A DNA stretch of 64,000 nt, from assembly GCA_016748015.1 (NCBI GenBank), contig JAAOMT010000617.1:62001-126000 (forward strand), in the 5' to 3' direction. The notes under the pieces were generated by a model. It had not been told where the DNA came from. It saw only the letters and a program-made list of their open reading frames with translations, and did not search any database. Positions within the stretch are counted from its first letter, which is position 1. Every line of letters starts with the position of its first letter. The position numbers were made by a program, and so were the translations under genes. This document shows positions 1-14,527 of the stretch, piece by piece. Origin of the DNA: Geosiphon pyriformis uo1 (lineage: Eukaryota > Fungi > Glomeromycota).

Positions 1-637
1 ATGCTCTTCTGGTAAGCTATCCTTAATGTATCAAACTTTATACTCTTCTTTTGAAGTCTTTTACCAGACTATTTTTGATGTCAATAACTCAGCACTTTAT
101 TCTTTAATTAATTAGTTCACAATAAAAAATAAAAAATAACAGAAAAGAAAATAAAAGAAAAAAAAAATAAGCCAAGGCAATGAATGTTAATATCCTGTCA
201 ATAGTCATAATTAAGAGCTATTGTTCTAGTGTGGTTAAAGATTAATAGCTATTAACATGAAGTGTTAATAGTGAATAATAGATTGAGATAGTCAATATTT
301 ATTTATTAATATTTGTGATTTGAAAGATTGCTTAGATTAAATCTAAACTGAGAGGTCTGTCTTTTTTATTTCTAATACTACTGCTATATATGCATAATTG
401 AGATTTCTTAATTCTTCGATTCTTCACACCAGAAATCTTGAAATTTTTGGAATCCTGCAATTCTTTTAAGAAAAATTCTGGAATTCTGGAATCCTGCAAT
501 TTCTTGTACAAGAATCTTGAAATTCTTGGAATCCTGCAATTTCTCTAAGAAAAATTCTAAAATTCCACTTTTTACTATATCTATTTCTGATTGGCTAATT
601 TATATGTTAATCTATTTCTTATATTCTTAGAGTAACA
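1..637 (-). mobile_element. Family-A LTR, truncated by window start, inserted into the dUTPase region of H0
   Basis: Ends ...gagtaaca at 637. Carries the same GGAATCCTGCAATT U3 array, TATATA box and R/U5 as the LTRs at 34426 and 43659. Confidence 0.85.
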
Positions 638-2352
638 ATGTGTAAATAAGATTTTAATCTGATAACAGTTTTTCTTAAGTATTTAAGATTAAATTCTGTA
701 TTAGTATTATGTATTTATTCTGACATAATATCCTTATTATTATCATTAAATTATTTGAGTACTTGTTTTTTGGAAATATTTGGAAACATAATATATTGTT
801 CAAGATTAGAATTAAGATTTGAATTGTTATTGCTGCTGTTATTATTGTGGATGGTATTAAAACCATTGTTGTTATTATTATTGAAGTTTGAATTAGGATT
901 AAATTTGATTCTAATTTTAAAATACAGCTGCTGATTGGTTCTTTTTTTAAAAAATTAAATAGATCATATGTAATGATAAATTGTAAATAAAATTACAATC
1001 ATTACAATATTCAAAGTTACTGAAAATTAAGTAATATTTATAGAGTTTAATATTTAATTGTTTTAAACATTACTTTTGTTTTTTTTGAGTGGGTGTTAGG
1101 TCTTGGTAATGTTTGTAAAATTGTTTTAAATTACTCAAAATGTTAATAAAAATGTCTGAGTTTTGGATAAAAATGATTTTAATAGATTTTGGTAGTTTAT
1201 TTTTAATCATTAATATTTTGTTAGATGAAATGTTTTCAACTTTGGCACTTGTTATTCACCATATTTTGTTTTTGTTATGTGGATATCTATTCAAACATGA
1301 AAGTACTCAGTTCTATATAATATTGAATAGCATTTTTTTTTACCCAGTTACTAATAAAGATTATGTATTGGTATTATTACAAATGATTATTTGGGGTGTT
1401 GATATAAATAACAAATCTATAACTTAGTACTTAATAGCTTGACTAATGTTGATAAATCTAAAAATTTTTATGATCTAAAGGTTTTTATATCTGAAGATTT
1501 TGGTGTTTAAAAATTTTGGTAGAGTTTTTTGTATAATAAACAAAGATTCAATAATTGTGTCAGTAGTCTTCTAAAATAATTATTCTATTAAATTTTTTTC
1601 TTTAGCATAATAACCAGTTTATTTTGGCAGCTGTGCTTTTCTGGTAAGTTATCTATTAATTTATAATTTCTATACTCTTATTTTTAAGTCTTTTATCAGA
1701 TTATTCTTGATATCAATTACTCAGCACTTAATCTCTTTAATCTGTTAGTAAGTTAATACAACAAAAAAAAATAAAAAAAAATAAAAAATTAGTATTTTGT
1801 TAATAACTATAATCAAGAACTATTGTTCCAGCATGATTAAGTGTTAAATGTTATTAACATAAAGTATTGATAAATAAAAAAGTGATTAGATTTTCAATCA
1901 AGCAGTAATAATATGAATTAGATGATAATAAGTATGTTTTTATTTGTGATTGTATTAATGAATTCATTTCAATTAATATTAACTATCTGTAAAATAAGAG
2001 TTAATTAATAGATAAGAAAGAAGATATTAACTTAAAACTGAAATCTAAATACTTTTTTTGCTTTTAATGCTACTATTATATATACATATTTTGTGTTATA
2101 TAAGATTTCTGAAATCTTGTGATTTTTTTAGTAAAATTCTAAAATTCTACAATTTTTTACAAAAAATTCTGGGATTCTAGAATTCTGAAATTCTGCAATT
2201 CTTTACAAAGAATTCTGGGATTCTGAGATTCTGGAATTCTGCAATTTTTTTAAAGGAATTTTGGAATTTTTTTATTACTACACCTACTTTTGATTAGTTA
2301 TTCTTTTAACTATAATATTTTTAATTTTTATGAGTAATATTATTTCCTCTTT

Positions 2353-3009
2353 TTAATATTAAGCTTTATTAAAATTTTTTAAACTTTCTAAATTTTTTTC
2401 TTAGATTAGCTCCATAAATCTTTTTTTCAGAATTGTTTTTGTAATTTTGGTCTGTAATTCTTCAAATTAAGCATTGATTAATTTTCTCAATTGATTAATA
2501 GTTACAGTGTCTATTGTTGAATGTAGTAATATTTCTAGTCTGTCTTGAAATTTTATTTGTAATTAATAAATAGCTCTTGTATATGTGAACAAATTGTTTT
2601 TTCTGACAATTTATCCAATTTGTTGTATTTGAATTGGATCAAATTTTCTCTTTGTTTTATCAATATATAAGTTTTTGATACTTAATTATTGTTCTAACTG
2701 ATAGTAACAAAAGTTTTTTGAAATTTGTTGTATCCATTGGTTTTAATTTTCTAAAATCTAGTTTTTTTCTGATATTAGTTTTCTTGGATCTTTTAATGTT
2801 TTTTTTATTTTTTCTATTATTTTGTCTATAGTATTTTCCAAATTGTAATGTTTGAAATATTATTCTTTGGTTTAGTTTTTTTATGGTATTTTTTTGTCTT
2901 TGTATTATATTATGTGTTTATTTATGATAATTTCCAGACTTGATTTTTGTTGTTGAATTAATTGTAGTAGTTGTTGTATGAGTAAGTAAATGTTATCAGT
3001 AATTTCCAT
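2353..3009 (-). pseudogene. K ORF3 (unknown accessory protein, decayed)
   Basis: Starts ATG GAA ATT (MEITDNIYLLIQQL...), spans 219 codons and is homologous to E ORF3. Confidence 0.75.
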
Positions 3010-3067
3010 TTTTTCTTGTTGGTTTTGTTATATATATTAGTTCTTTATATACTGTTATAGTAAATTA

Positions 3068-3738
3068 ATTTAACATATTTGCTTCAATAATAATAATTGG
3101 TTTTAAATCTTGTGAAATTTTATCTGGTTTGACTAGTATTCTTTGTATTCCCAGTTGTGGAATATTATTAATAGACAATAATACTATATTATAATATGGT
3201 TTCAGTCAATTTTTATGTGCTGTTTTAGCTAAAATTTTGTTGTTTCATCTTAGTTTATAAGCTTTATTTCTTAAAATTTCTTTAATGTAAAATGGTTTGT
3301 TCCATTTGGGATCAAATTTTTCACTCCATTGTTTTTCTGTTTTGGTACAATATAAAAGTATTTTGTCTTCAATTCTGAATTTAACTGGTTTATCTGGTAA
3401 TTAGTTATTATGTCATTTTTTTTGTTTTTTTTGTGATCTTTGAATGTTATCAGCTGCTCTTTATCTTTTGTTTTCTAATATTTCCATTAATTATATGTTC
3501 TTTTTAGCAATGTTTTTTAAAAGTTGGCTTTTGTTATTGGTTTTATTGAATATATGTTGATGTCTATTTCAACTAATAATGTTGTTGTTCTACTATAAAC
3601 AAGTTTAAATAGTATTACTTATGTAGTATCTTGCTTCATTGTCTAATAAGCAAATAATACTGATAATATAAACAAATCCCATTTGTTTTGGTTTTCTTGG
3701 CTGATTTTTGCTATTACTTCACACAATATTCTGTTGAA
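3068..3738 (-). pseudogene. K integrase C-terminal fragment (FNR...GPF/Y region)
   Basis: FNRILCEVIAK, FAY.TMKQ, KAEKQWS.KFDPKW..PFYI; collinear with E and D integrases. Confidence 0.8.
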
Positions 3739-6700
3739 ATACACAACTACTAATTTTCACAATAGTTCTCTATAAACAATTTTCATTAACTGTTAAAATA
3801 TGGCTGGTGTATTAATTAAGCCAAATAGCATAACTTTAAATTCAAAATTTTCTTCTCAAGTTGTAAAAGCCATTTTCTTCTTATCTTCTGGTTTCATGAC
3901 TACTTGCTAATAACCATTATCTAGATCTAATATTGAAAACCATTTCTTTCCTCTAAAAGTATTAAATAATTCCTGAATACATGGAGTGGGGTAGTTGTTT
4001 CTACAAGTTACACCATTTAGTTTTTTATAATCCACACAAAAATGGATTTTTTTATTCTTCTTATAGACTAGTATTATTGGTGACAACCATAAACTTATTG
4101 ATAGTTAAATTAATCCATTATCCAATATTCTGTTGATTTCTTGTTGGATAATTTTATGGCTAACTAGTGGTACTTGGTATGTTTATTGTTTGATTAATAT
4201 TGTATCTCCAGTCTTGATCTAATACTAGATAATATTAGTTTGGCCAAATTTGTTTTTATTTACAAAAATGTTATTGAAATTATTGAGTAATATTTTAAGT
4301 TGCATCTGCTGAAATGGGTCTAAGTTTCCTAAATTTATTTGTTCTAATTGTTTTGGTTGGAGCAAATAATATTCTTCTCATCCATATATTGTTTGTAATG
4401 TGATATTCACATATTTGCATAGTTGTGAAAAATCTGGAATAGTGCTTGGTGGTTGGTCTTCAATTTTGGTACTTAAATATCCAATAATAATTCCTTTTGA
4501 TATTTTTATAACTTCTCTAGTTGTGTTGTATATGGGAATTTTTATGTGTTTCGGGCTTTTGGCTGGTATATAAAGATTGGTAAGTCCAATTTTTCTTAAT
4601 TCACAAAGTGTAGTTTCTACTTCCAAGATTTAAGCTTGATCTTTTACTTTCTTTTCTATGGCTAATATGTACTGATTATATGATGGAATAAAAATTGATT
4701 GACAAGTAAAGATAATTTCTCCCTTGTCAATAATTTTTTTCTTTGCCATATTAATTAGTACATCTATTCTTCCTGTGGATTCGAATCTACTAATTCTTTT
4801 AGCTGTAATCTCTAATTTTTTTTTGTTTCCTATTAATATTAACTGAGCTATTTTAACCAGAAGCAGAAATATTGTTTTTGCTATCTTTTTGTTGGGCTCT
4901 ATGATATAGATCTTTTCTGAATTATTTTGTAGTATTGCAATAATATTTCCTATATATTCTGTATCAATTATTTCTCCTCTAATATTGATCTTTTTTTTGC
5001 TAAACTACTCCTAAATGCTAGTTGAACTATTGTTGTTGCTGGAATTTCCAGTGCTATTTTCAAATTGATGCATGTATGGAAATATGGCTCTAATTTGATA
5101 ACATTTTTCCCAAGATATCTCAAGTCAAACTTTGTATTAGTATTATATACACATTCTGGCATAATACTTTTACCATTATTACTGAATCATTTTAGTTCCT
5201 GTTCCTTAGAGAGATTAGGGAGCACAATGTATTGTTTGGGATTTGAATTGTTATTATTATTATTGCTATTTTGAATGGAGCTGGAACTGTTATTTTTATT
5301 ATCATTGTCAAAGTTTGAATTAAAATTGAATGTTAATTCCAATTCTAATACACAGCTGCTGATTGGTTCTTTTTCTTCTGAAATCATATAGATCATGTAT
5401 GGTAGTAGATCATAAACAATGTCACAATTATTACAATACTTAAAGTTATTAGAAATAAAACAATATTTGCAGAGTCTTGCATTTAATTGTTTTAACTACT
5501 GCTCTTGCTCCTCTCAAGTAAATGCTAATTCTTGGTAGTGTTTGTAGAATTGTTCTGGGTTTATGAGATTTAGGACAATGTCTGAATTTGGGGTCTATTT
5601 GAGTTCTATGAATTCTGATGAGTTGTTTTTAATTATTTTTATTTCTTCTGGTAATATATCTTCAATTTTGGCTAGTGCCATTTGCCATATTTTATTGTTG
5701 TTATGTAGACAACTATCTAACTATTTTACTGTTCTTCTTCAGACAGTGTTTATTGACATACCCTTTCATATCCAATCATTGATTAGAATTGTGTATTGGC
5801 ACAATTTATTACATATTTCTCTCCATCCAGAAATGTCATTCCACATTTCTTCATCTAAAAGAGTTTTTTTACATGCAAGACATGGTTTGTTGTCCTATTT
5901 TCCCTGTCTTTTTGGGCAGCCAAAACATTTAAGAATGCATAAATGACAATAAAACTTTGTTGCTGTTGGCTATTCTTTGTTGTTATTATAGCATACACCT
6001 ATTGTTAACAATTTTTTGCCATAATCAATGCAAATTAGTTTGGATTGGCAATAGTTGTTTTGTTGGTGGGATGTGGTATATAGAATATGTGTAGAAGTAG
6101 TGGCTTGTGTGGTTTTTTTTTCTTTTCTTTCCCTTTCCTTTTTCTTTTTCTCTTCCAGATTGAAATCAGTGATAGTTTATTGTAATTGTCATTAGTCCAT
6201 AAAACTTAATAGGCTTCCCAGTTAGGTTTCATTTTTTTTTCTTTAAGTTCTATCAATGGTGCTAGTGTGAGGTTTTTGAAGTGTCCACAAGTTGCTGGTA
6301 CTTATGTATACTGACTATTCTGGTTGAATTGAAGCTCTTATGTGGTTCAATTGAGTATTGCATTAGTTTTGGATAGTCAATCATTGCTAATTAATGCTTG
6401 GTACTAAGTGGCTTCTATTATTAACACCTTGATAGTTGTAACAATACTGTTGACTTTAAAAGAGAAGTCATCAATTTTGCCAATAAAAGTTTTGATTGCT
6501 CTATCAGCTGTAATAATTTTAGTACTGACTGTATGATCAACTTAATAATCTAATTGGTTTATGAGTTGTCATGTAATAATGCTGTCTGTTGAACCACTGT
6601 CTAAAATTAGTTTAATTGATTGACCATCAACCTTGACATTAGTGTACATTGTGGTAATGAGTTTGACATCAAAGGCAGCTCTACTAAAAAGATGCATTGC

Positions 6701-8952
6701 TATTGGTTTTTTGATTTTAAAGAAAAAATGGCTGCTAATGATTTGTTATTGGTGACCATTGCTGGTAGAATGTTGCTGGTGAGTGGTTTCTGGTTGGTTT
6801 TCTGATTGTTGGTTTGTGTGCTTTTGGGGATTACAAGAAGGCTTAAATAGTTCTGAGAATTTGGGTTTTAGGTGTATCCAGTTTCCAAATTTCTTGGATA
6901 TGATTCTAAAATTTGTTGGAATGTGCTAGAGATCAGTTGCTAAACAATCATTGCCAATCTCCAGTTTTGCTAAATGGTTCTTGGCCTTTGATTTCCATTG
7001 GACACAGTCATGAGTAGTGGTGTTTGAATAGTTTGTGGTTAATACATTACTAATGGCTGTGGTGGTTGATATATTATGAATATTGTCAGTTGATAAATTG
7101 AAGATATATATATTGGTTGCTGTGTCATTTGGGTGTAATTAGGTTGGTATTGATTTTGATTTGGGTAATAGCTTGGAGATTGAAATCTGCAATCAAGGTT
7201 TCAATATTGATTTCCCAATTATGAATTATTGGTATAAACTCAGCAGCTGGCTCTAACATGATCTTGTTTACCACAATTGTAGCAAATGCAAATCTCTGGT
7301 TGCTATAGTTGATTGGTTGATAATGATAGACATGCCTGATTTTGTAAACAATTTAAGTTTTCTAAATTATTGTATTGTTATAGTAGTTGATAAATTGTCT
7401 GATTATTAGCTAAGTACTCTTCTAATTTCTGATTGATTGAATTACTGAATTGTTTCAATTTGGAATCCAAGTCAGATGATCTATTTATTACTAGATTTAT
7501 AGCTTGAGTGTGGTTGGCTTCGAGTTTTGCCAATTCAAAATTTCTGGCATAAGTAACTGCTGCTTAAAAATTGGCTGGATGTAATGGGCATATGTGTTAG
7601 AGAATACTGCTGTATAGACCACAAATAAACTGGTATAAGATTTATGGCTCTGTGAAATAATTGGCATCAATTGTTTAGATCTAATGCAGATTTTAATAGA
7701 AGTGTCCCAAGTAAGTGATGACTGCTTTAACATCTTCTTGTTTTATAGTAGTGAATATATTGGCCAAGCAGTTAATGCTATTATTGTTATTAAAATATCT
7801 TAGGAACTTAATTTTAAATATATTAAAATTTTGGGGTTTATTTGCCAAGCTTTAATATCACAAATTATTAGTATCCTGTAGAAAATATGGAATTGTCTAT
7901 AATACTTTAGTATCATTCCATTTGTTGGCTGCAATGGCTTTTTTTATGTTGTTAAGTCATACTTGGGTGTCATTCTTCTTGTTAGTGAATTTCTCAATTT
8001 TGGTAATAAATGCATATGTTATCAATGCTAATAGTAATTGTTGTTGTGATTGTGGTTGAGGTTGCTGTTGCAATTGCTGCTGAAATGGTGGTTATGGCTG
8101 TTGCTATTGCTGTTTAACAATTGGTAAGGCTAGTGGTAGATCAATCACAATTACTAGATATAAGTTTTGGGGAACAATAGGAATGGTATTTGGATTGTTC
8201 TGATTTTGCTGAGTTGAAATAATCAAGGTTTCAATTTCTGGGTTTTCTGGGATTGAATTTTGCTTATTAATTTCTTGATCATTGTCTTTTTCTCTCTTAA
8301 AGTCAGTTATTTTTCAAGGACTAATGGCTCCAAAATTTGGTTGTGATGGCAGTAATTAAACTCCTAATGGTATTGAGAATTGTGATTTAAATTCTTTAAA
8401 ATAATTATTATATGTTCCTAATAATTCTGCTTTCTTTTGTTTACTTTGGAACAGAATTCTGTTTAGTAATATTGTCATGTTTATGATAAATGTGCCTATT
8501 GATGTTATATTAATGATGCTTTTGGACATGTAATAATATGATGGATTAGCAGGTAAATTGACTCTCTGTTTTTTTCAAGTAGATAATTGTATTTGTTTTG
8601 GAGTTCCTGCTGGTGTTTGTAATCTTTTTTTTTCTTTGTTGGCAAAGGTAATGAAAAATTTTTGTTTGGTGTATTTTTCAATTTCTTTGTTTATTTTCAT
8701 AATTAGTGGTGCAAATAAATGATTTTGTGGCAGTGTGGTGTTTTAAAATAATTTACTAAAAAAATTGTTAAAGGCAGATTCTGGATCTCCTTGGCCTTCC
8801 AAATAATATAGAATTCTTTTATTAACATAGTAATTGAAAACTAATTCTGCTGACCAATTATTATTTGTTAATTCAAGATAGATGTGATAATGTTGGAATA
8901 AAGATTTTGCAAATTCCAAGTGGTTTGTTTTTATTTCTTCGGATTCTGTCAC
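3739..8952 (-). pseudogene. gag-pol: M gag-pol remnant: N-terminal domain, capsid, Zn knuckle, protease, Cys-rich domain, dUTPase (about 4770-5162), RT N-half
   Basis: ORF-track peptides MTESEEIKTNHLEF..., MPECVYNTNTKFDLRY...RSSLAKK; LILDSGS protease motif; MPF-type RT region. Confidence 0.85.
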
Positions 8953-9816
8953 TGTTTCAGATGGTTGCTATTGGTGCTGGTTCTCTGTTAAATTACATTT
9001 TACAGAAAGCATCAAATGTTACAGATGATTATTTGAGATCTCAAATCAAATAACAAACTCATAACTTGGTGTTTAATAGCTAATATGATTGAAAGTTTTG
9101 GTGATCTAAAGGTTTTGGTTGAGTCCTTTATATAATATACAAAGATTTAATAGTTGTTTTCAGTAGCCTCTCAGAATTGCAATTCCATTAATTCTTTTTT
9201 TGGCTTAGTGGCTGGCAATTCTTTGGTAAGTAATCCTTAATTTTTAGTGTCTATTTTCTTATTTGGAGTCTTTTACTGGACAATTTTTAATGTTAATAAC
9301 TCAGCACTTAATTTTTAATCAATTAGTAATTAACAAAACCAATAAAAAATAATAACAGAAAGTAAAGAAATAAAGAAATAAGCCAAGACAATGCAAAGTT
9401 AGTATTTCATCAATAGCTGTGATCAAGATCTATTGTTCTAATATGGTCAAGTATAGTTTACTATCAATATAGAGTGTTGATAGTGAACAATTGAATTGAT
9501 ATAATTAATAAGTATATTTATTAATAGTGTAAATATATGAATGCTAACTAGGAAGTAGAACTCAGATGTTTTTTTCTGTTTTTAATACTACTGTAATATA
9601 TACATAATTAAGATTCCTTAATTTTTCAATTCTTTGTACCAAGAATTCTAGAATTCCTGGAATTCTGGAATTTTGCAATTTTTTTATATGAAAATCCTAT
9701 AATTCTGGAATCCTGCAATTCTTTTGAGAGGAATCCTGGAATTCTTAATTTTACTATATCTACTTCTGATTGGCTAATTTATATACTAATATGATTCCTA
9801 TATTTTATAAGTAACA
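3739..9816 (-). mobile_element. M: 3'-deleted family-A element inserted in K (5' LTR 9017-9816, PBS about 8998-9014)
   Basis: TGTTA...TAACA LTR whose subtype differs from the K LTRs. The internal region runs gag to RT and ends at a deletion junction with K integrase. Confidence 0.75.
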
Positions 9817-12800
9817 CTGTTTTATTAACAAATCTGAAAGCATAATATATTGTTTGAAGTTATAATTAGAGTTTAAATTGTTATTGTTGTTGCCATAATA
9901 AATGAAGTTGAAACCATTATTGTTGTTATTATTGGAGTCTGAATTGAAATTAAATTTTGATTCTAATTCTATAACACATTTACTGATTGTTCTTTCTTTT
10001 TAAAGATTGAATAGATCATATATGGTAATGGATTGTAGATAAAATTACAATCATTACAATATTTGAAGTCATTGGGAATTAAACAATGTTTACATAGTCT
10101 TGTATTTAATTGTTTCAAAAACTGCTCTTGCTTTTTTTTAGTAGGTACTAAGTTTTGATAGTGTTTATAGAATTGTTTTAGATCACTTAAAATATCAGAA
10201 AATGGGAATAAAAACAGTCTTAACTGGTTCTGGTGGGTTGTTTTTAATCACTAATATTTCACTGAGTGAAATGTTTTTGATTTTAGCACTTACTATTTGC
10301 CAAATTTTGGCTTCATCATAGGGATAACCATCTAAACATAATAATGCTTGGTTCTACATAATGTTGAAAAATATTTCTCAGTTTACCTAATCACTTATTA
10401 GAATCATGTACTAACATAATGTGTCACACATTTTTCTTTAACCAGGAATGTTATTTCATATTTTTTTATCGAATAATGTTTCTCCACAAGCAAGACATAA
10501 TTTATTGTTTTACTTTTTTTGTCATTTTGAATAACCAAAACACTAATAATAATATGACTTGCAGTAATAATGAATATGCATCCAGTAGTCTTTGTCTAAC
10601 ATAATCCAAGCTTTTATAAATAAAAGCTTCTTCTTATAGTCAATACACTTAAGAGAAATATAAGGTGGTTTTTTTTGTGTCTATTGAGTATGAGATGTAC
10701 TAACTGTTGATAATTTCTTTGGTGTTAGTGGTGTTTTGTGATTTGCCTTTTTTTTTTTTTTTTCTTTTGTTGTCTTATAATAAGATTGGTAGCAGTGTAT
10801 TGTGATCTTCTTTGGTCCATAAAACTTAGTAGATTTCTCAGGTAGATTTGTTTTTTTTTTCTAATTCTATCAATGGTTGTGGTTGGGTAATTTGTGGTTT
10901 GAAATAATTACACATAGCTGGTACTCATGTGTGTTGTCTGTTTTAACTGAGCTGTAGCTCTTAAGTAGTCCAGTTGAGCATAGTACTAATTTTGAACAGC
11001 CAGTCATTACCAATTAGTGCTTGGTATTGTATGGCTTCTATGATAAGAATCTTAATTGGTGTAATAATGCCATTAATTTCAAATGAGAAGTCATCAATTT
11101 TGCCAATTAGAATTTTGGTCACTCTATTGGCTGTAATAATTCTGGTACTAGCAACATAATCAACTTGGTGACCTAATTGGTCTATAAATTGTTATGTAAT
11201 AATGCTGTTTGCTAAACTACTGTCAAAAATTAGCTTGATAAAATGGTCATCTACTTTGATATTGGTATACATAGCTGTAATAGGTTTAGCTTCAAGGGTG
11301 GTTTCATTAAATAAAAGTGTTTTTACTAGTTTCTTGAGTTTAAAAAAAAAGATGAGTAAGTAATTTGTTTGGTAATAGTTGTTAATAGAATTTTGTTGAT
11401 AAGTAGTTGGATTTAATTGGGTTCTTGTTTGCTAAATTGGGCATGTTTTGGGGTAATTAGGAGACTTAAATAGTTCTGAAAATTCGAATTTTAGATATAC
11501 CTAATGCCCAAACTCTACTGGTATAATTCTAATAATTGATTCAAGAAACTAGAAATTAGTTGATGCATTACTATTGCCAATCTCCAGTTTTATTGTGTAT
11601 GAGTAACTTTCAATCTTTGATTTTTGTGTGTTATTTAAACTGAGTTTTGTAACAGTATTTGAAATAGTTGGATTTGATAGATAACTTGTGACTATGGTTA
11701 ATATATTATTGGTACTAGAAGCTGATAAATTGGCAATAAGTATATTGCTTATTGTATCATTGAAGTATAATATGATTGATATGAGTCTTGATTTGGGTGA
11801 TAGTTTAGAGTTTAAAATCAGCAATTGGAGTTTTGATATTGATTTTCCATTCATTGATCATTTAACTAAATGTGGCAGTCAATTTGTAAATATTCTTGTT
11901 TACTATAATAGTAGTAGATATGTATTTTTTGTTACTACTGTTGATTGGTTGACAATAATAAACATAATTAATTTTGAAGACAATTTGGGTTTTCCAAATT
12001 ATTGTGACATTGTAAAAGTTAATAAATTGGTTGATTGTTAACTAAGTATTCCTCTAATTTTTGATTAATGGAATTACTAAATTGTTTTAACTTGGAGTTT
12101 AAATTAGATAATCTATTTATTATTAGATTAATGGCTTAGATGTGATTAGCTTCTAACTTAGCTGATTTAAAATCTCTAGTATATGTGACTGTGTTTTGAA
12201 GTATTTGTAAGTATATTAGATGTATATATTATAGGAGACTATTGCACAGACCACAAATAAATTGGTTTAAGATTTGTGGCACAATAAAGTAATTTGTGTT
12301 AATGGTTTGTATTTATTACAGATTTTAGTGAAAACATCCCAAATAAGTGGTAACTGCTTCAGTATCTCTTTGTTTGATGATTGTAAAAGTATTTGCTAAG
12401 CAATTGATGCTATTATTGTTATTAAAATATCTTAAAAATTCCAGTTTAAATATGTTAAAGTTTTGGAGTTTTTGGATCAAGCTTTGATACCATAAGTTAA
12501 TGATATCTTAAAAAAAATATGAGATTGTTTGTAATGCTCTGATATCATTCCATCTATTGGTTGCAATGGCTTTTTTCATGTTATTAAGCCAAATTTGTGT
12601 ATTATCTTTTTTGATAGTAAATTTTTCAAGTTTTGCAATTAATATATAAGCTATTAGTACAAGTAATGATTGTGGTTGTTGTGATTATTGAAGTTGTTAT
12701 TGTTGGAATAGTAGTTGTATCTGTTGTTATGGTTTGGTAATTGGTACAACTAGTGGTAAATTAATCATAATTACTGGAGGTAAGTTTTGAGAAACAATAA

Positions 12801-13554
12801 AAATAGATTTTGAATTATTCTGATTTTGCTAAGTTGAAATAATTAGAGTCTGTATTTCCAGGTTTTCTGAAATCAGGTTTTAGTAATTAAATTCTTGATC
12901 TTCATCTTTCTTTTTTTCTGAATTGGTTATTTTTTAAGGACTAATAACTCTGAAATTGGATTGAAGCAGTAGTGATCAAAATTCTAATAGTATTAATAAT
13001 CACAATTTAAATCTTTTAAAGTAATTACTATAGATTTCTAATAAATTGTTTTTTTCTTGGCTGCTTTAAAATATTATTTTTGCTAATAATAATATACTTC
13101 CTAATAATATATTGATAGTATTTTCAGACATGTAATAATATAATGGGTGTATAAGTAAAATGACTTTTGGCTTTTTTTACATATAAGATTGTATTTTTCT
13201 TGATGTTTTTGCCAAAATTTGTAATTTTTCTTTTTTATTATCTGCAAAAGTAATAGAAAATTTCTGTTTAATATGTTTCTTAATTTTTTTGTTGATTTTT
13301 CTAATTATTAAGGTAAACAAATAATTCTGTAGCAGCATAATGCTTTAAAGTAATTCACTATAGAAATTAGTAAGTGCTGCTTCTGGATTTTTTTGATCTC
13401 TTAAATAAGATTTAATTTTTTTATTGAAATAGAAATTGAAAGTTAATTTTGCTGGCCAATGGTTATTGGTTAATTCTAGATGAGTTTAATAGTATTGGAA
13501 TAAAGCTTTTACAAATCTCAAGTAATTTGTTCTTGTTTTTTTTGATTCTGCCAC
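9817..13554 (-). pseudogene. gag: K gag-protease-Cys-rich remnant
   Basis: GTG GCA GAA start at 13554; capsid, CYYSKQ.Y knuckle remnant, IFDS protease motif, CDFKYCNDC; collinear with E. Confidence 0.8.
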
Positions 13555-14527
13555 TATTTTAGATGATTGCTGTTAGTGTTGGTTCTTTGCTAGATTATAC
13601 CTTACAGAGAGCACCAAATATTACAGGTGATTATTTGAGGTGTTGACACAAATAACAAATCTGTAACTTGGTGCTTAATAGCTTAACTAATATTAGTAAA
13701 TCTAAAAGTTTTTGTGATTTAAAGGTTTTTATATCTGAAGATTTTGGTGTTTAAAGGTTTTGGTAGAGTTTTTTGTATTGTTATAGTTGAAATTTACACT
13801 TTTTATTAATTATCACATGTATTAGCTACTGATGTTATATAATTAGCCACTTTATTTTTAAAAAGTAATCATTGATCTGATTAATGATCTGATTATTGAC
13901 ATAATTATTGACCTGATTATTGACCACTTTTGATTACTATATAAGTAATGAATTTTTTAGCTGTAGAAATACATATAAGAATAAAAGAAATAAATAAAAT
14001 AAAATAACAACTTTTATTTTAATCATTCTTTTATCACTAATTCTTTTTTCCTATCTTCAAGTATCTGAACATCTTGGAATAAAAAATTACTTGTTAGCAT
14101 TTACTTACCCTTTTCCTGACTTGTATAATTGTAGTATTTTAAAGATTATTGAATAAAATGTGACTGAAGAGTACATCTGATATCTGATATTGAATTCTAA
14201 AAGTGCAAATGTGAGGTATAGAATTATACTAATATGTGATCATTTGTTGACAGTATAGACTATCCCTTTACTTTCAGATTTTTCAGTTACTTTTTAAAAA
14301 GTATAGCGACTGAAATATTTTATGAGACTAATCTTGTACATTGAATTCTTACTCATTTAATTTACTCCTTGAAATCTCTTTGATTATTTTCATTATCTTA
14401 CAATTCTGTTCTTTCTTGCTATCTGTTAACTTGTTATTCTAACTCATAACATAAAAGTAGTGCTCCTTGTAAAGTTGTTAAAATCCACTTTGTTTTTTAT
14501 TGTATGCGTGATTATTTATACTTGCCA

